Shown piece by piece: positions 12,148 through 13,401 of a stretch of DNA of 13,401 nt (positions are counted from its first letter, which is position 1; every line of letters begins with the position of its first letter). The stretch covers positions 1 through 13,401 of IMG/VR virus record IMGVR_UViG_2737471844_000004. One strand, written 5' to 3'. The notes beneath the pieces were generated by a model. It saw only the letters and a program-made list of their open reading frames with translations. It was not told the DNA's origin and searched no databases. Source of the stretch: a virus (taxonomy: Duplodnaviria > Heunggongvirae > Uroviricota > Caudoviricetes). The translations under genes and the position numbers were made by a program.

Positions 12148-13401
12148 TTATTTATTAGATTGCGTGATGTCAGAACATATCATGTTTTCTAAATTCACCA
12201 GCAAATCAGTCCACTGTGCCAGCGCCGCTTTGCGCTCATCAAAATATTGATGGCGGTTATAAATGCCCTCTACGCCTTTTATGCGGTGGTTAAGGCATCG
12301 TTCAGCAACGATCGGGTCAACTCCCAATGCTGCTAAATGTGTTCGTGCTGTTCGCCGGAAGTCGTGAATTGTAAAGTTGGGGACGTTCGGCATTTCTGCT
12401 CTGACTTTTGCCAATGCAACAGGAAGGGTGCTTTCCTGGATGTGAGGGATCATTCTGTGCTGCATTTTTCTGGCAGGTAATACCCATGCGCTATTGCATG
12501 AAAATGTGTGCAATTCTCGCAACCATTCTATGGTCGCTGGTGGTAATGGTATGTCGATAGCATCGCCATTTTTAGTTCGTTGTTCTGGTAGATGCCAAAT
12601 CGCGCCATCTAAGTCGAATTCATCCCACCTGGCGGCGCATAACTCCATTTTTCTGACACACAATGCTAAGAGCAACTTAAAGGTTAATTCGTTCTGGCGG
12701 CTGAATCCTTTGGCTTTACGCATGGCCTGAAAAAATTGGATTAATTCGTCACGGTTCAGCCAGCGATCACGAGATAATTCTTTCCCACCAGCATCTGATA
12801 CTTCAAAAGCTGAGCAGGGGTTAACCTCCAAAGCAAGGCGTTTAATACCGTAGTCAAATATTCGACGTGTCCACCGAAGAACGTCAGTAGCAATTGTTGG
12901 AGCGCCTCTATCAACAATGCTTTTAAGCATGGCATCAATATGGCGTGGTTTTACATCTTCAACCTTCATGTGGCCTATGGCAGGATTTATGTCTTTATCA
13001 ATGCGCCTGCGGAGAATATCTGGGTGTTTCCATCGGGGAAGTATTTGCCGTGCAAAGTATTCGGCGGCAAGTTCAGAAACATGCAGCGCGTTTTTTTCAG
13101 CTTCTATTTTTGCCAGTGCTTCGGCTTTACGCTGCTGTTTTTCTGCGGCTACGTCATATCCCAAAGCAACTCGTGCGGAAAGTTCTTTTGCCAGTTCCCT
13201 GGCTTTTGATAACGATAATTCAGAATATGAACCAATAAGCATGGCACGAGATTTTCCTGCCAGTTTATATCGAAACCGCCATGTCGGGGATCTATCCACC
13301 TCTCTATACCGGAGATATAGCCCACCACCATCAGCACGACCTTCGAAATGTTCTCCGGCTTTTATCCATGCGCGGATCTGCATATCTGTGAGTTTTGGCA
13401 T
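12148..13401 (-). CDS. int: P4-type tyrosine integrase (DUF4102-like N-terminal domain)
   Basis: 417-aa ORF starting at the window edge. The N-terminus 'LTDMQIRAWIKAGEHFEGRADGGGLYLRYR...WRFRYKLAGK' is typical of P4-family integrases. Catalytic-type motifs are present: CVRKMEL (Arg), HDFRRTARTH (His-x-x-Arg), LNH, GIYNRHQY (Tyr). Confidence 0.9.
   Translation of the reverse strand: MPKLTDMQIRAWIKAGEHFEGRADGGGLYLRYREVDRSPTWRFRYKLAGKSRAMLIGSYSELSLSKARELAKELSARVALGYDVAAEKQQRKAEALAKIEAEKNALHVSELAAEYFARQILPRWKHPDILRRRIDKDINPAIGHMKVEDVKPRHIDAMLKSIVDRGAPTIATDVLRWTRRIFDYGIKRLALEVNPCSAFEVSDAGGKELSRDRWLNRDELIQFFQAMRKAKGFSRQNELTFKLLLALCVRKMELCAARWDEFDLDGAIWHLPEQRTKNGDAIDIPLPPATIEWLRELHTFSCNSAWVLPARKMQHRMIPHIQESTLPVALAKVRAEMPNVPNFTIHDFRRTARTHLAALGVDPIVAERCLNHRIKGVEGIYNRHQYFDERKAALAQWTDLLVNLENMICSDITQSNK

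Larger units (their letters stand above)
1549..13401 (-). mobile_element. Phage satellite / PICI-like integrative island (partial; att ends not identifiable in the window)
   Basis: Gene order is int, alpA, antirepressor, switch, P4-family primase, iteron ori, then a small morphogenesis/packaging module with a TerS-like HTH and a repeat array. There are no capsid, portal, large terminase, tail or lysis genes. The left boundary is set provisionally at the last minus-strand terminator; the island may also include the 1-1244 operon. Confidence 0.7.

Noticed and set aside
12494-13337. Several 60-97-aa ORFs on both strands within the integrase gene
   Set aside because: All overlap the well-supported integrase CDS in antisense or alternative frames and lack start signals.

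Overview
The window is almost entirely one phage-satellite-like island on the minus strand (about nt 1550-13401). All family names below come from motifs I recognise by eye; no searches were run. Reading right to left: P4-type tyrosine integrase (starts at the window edge), an AT-rich 260-aa orphan, AlpA, an AntA-type antirepressor, and a divergent switch with two 31-bp palindromic operators and a plus-strand RHH-like regulator. Then a chain of small overlapping ORFs, a P4-family primase/helicase (GTG start), an iteron origin, a ProQ/FinO-domain protein with a (CAG)9 tract, a PerC-like regulator and tandem terminators. Last comes a morphogenesis/packaging operon (RHH-like, 192-aa, DUF2213-like, TerS-like HTH), a two-family repeat array (candidate cos/pac specificity site), an untracked 59-aa ORF and a weak terminator. 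This matches the architecture of Gram-negative phage-inducible chromosomal islands (PICIs) as I recall it. At the far left, convergent on the plus strand and about 30% G+C in hand-counted samples, is a translationally coupled pair: a DUF3800-like protein and a 163-aa protein with no family I recognise. That pair is my top candidate for an undescribed (defence-type) system; the AT-rich orphan between int and alpA is second. I saw no rRNA, tRNA, CRISPR array or IS element. Island ends (att sites) cannot be placed from this window.
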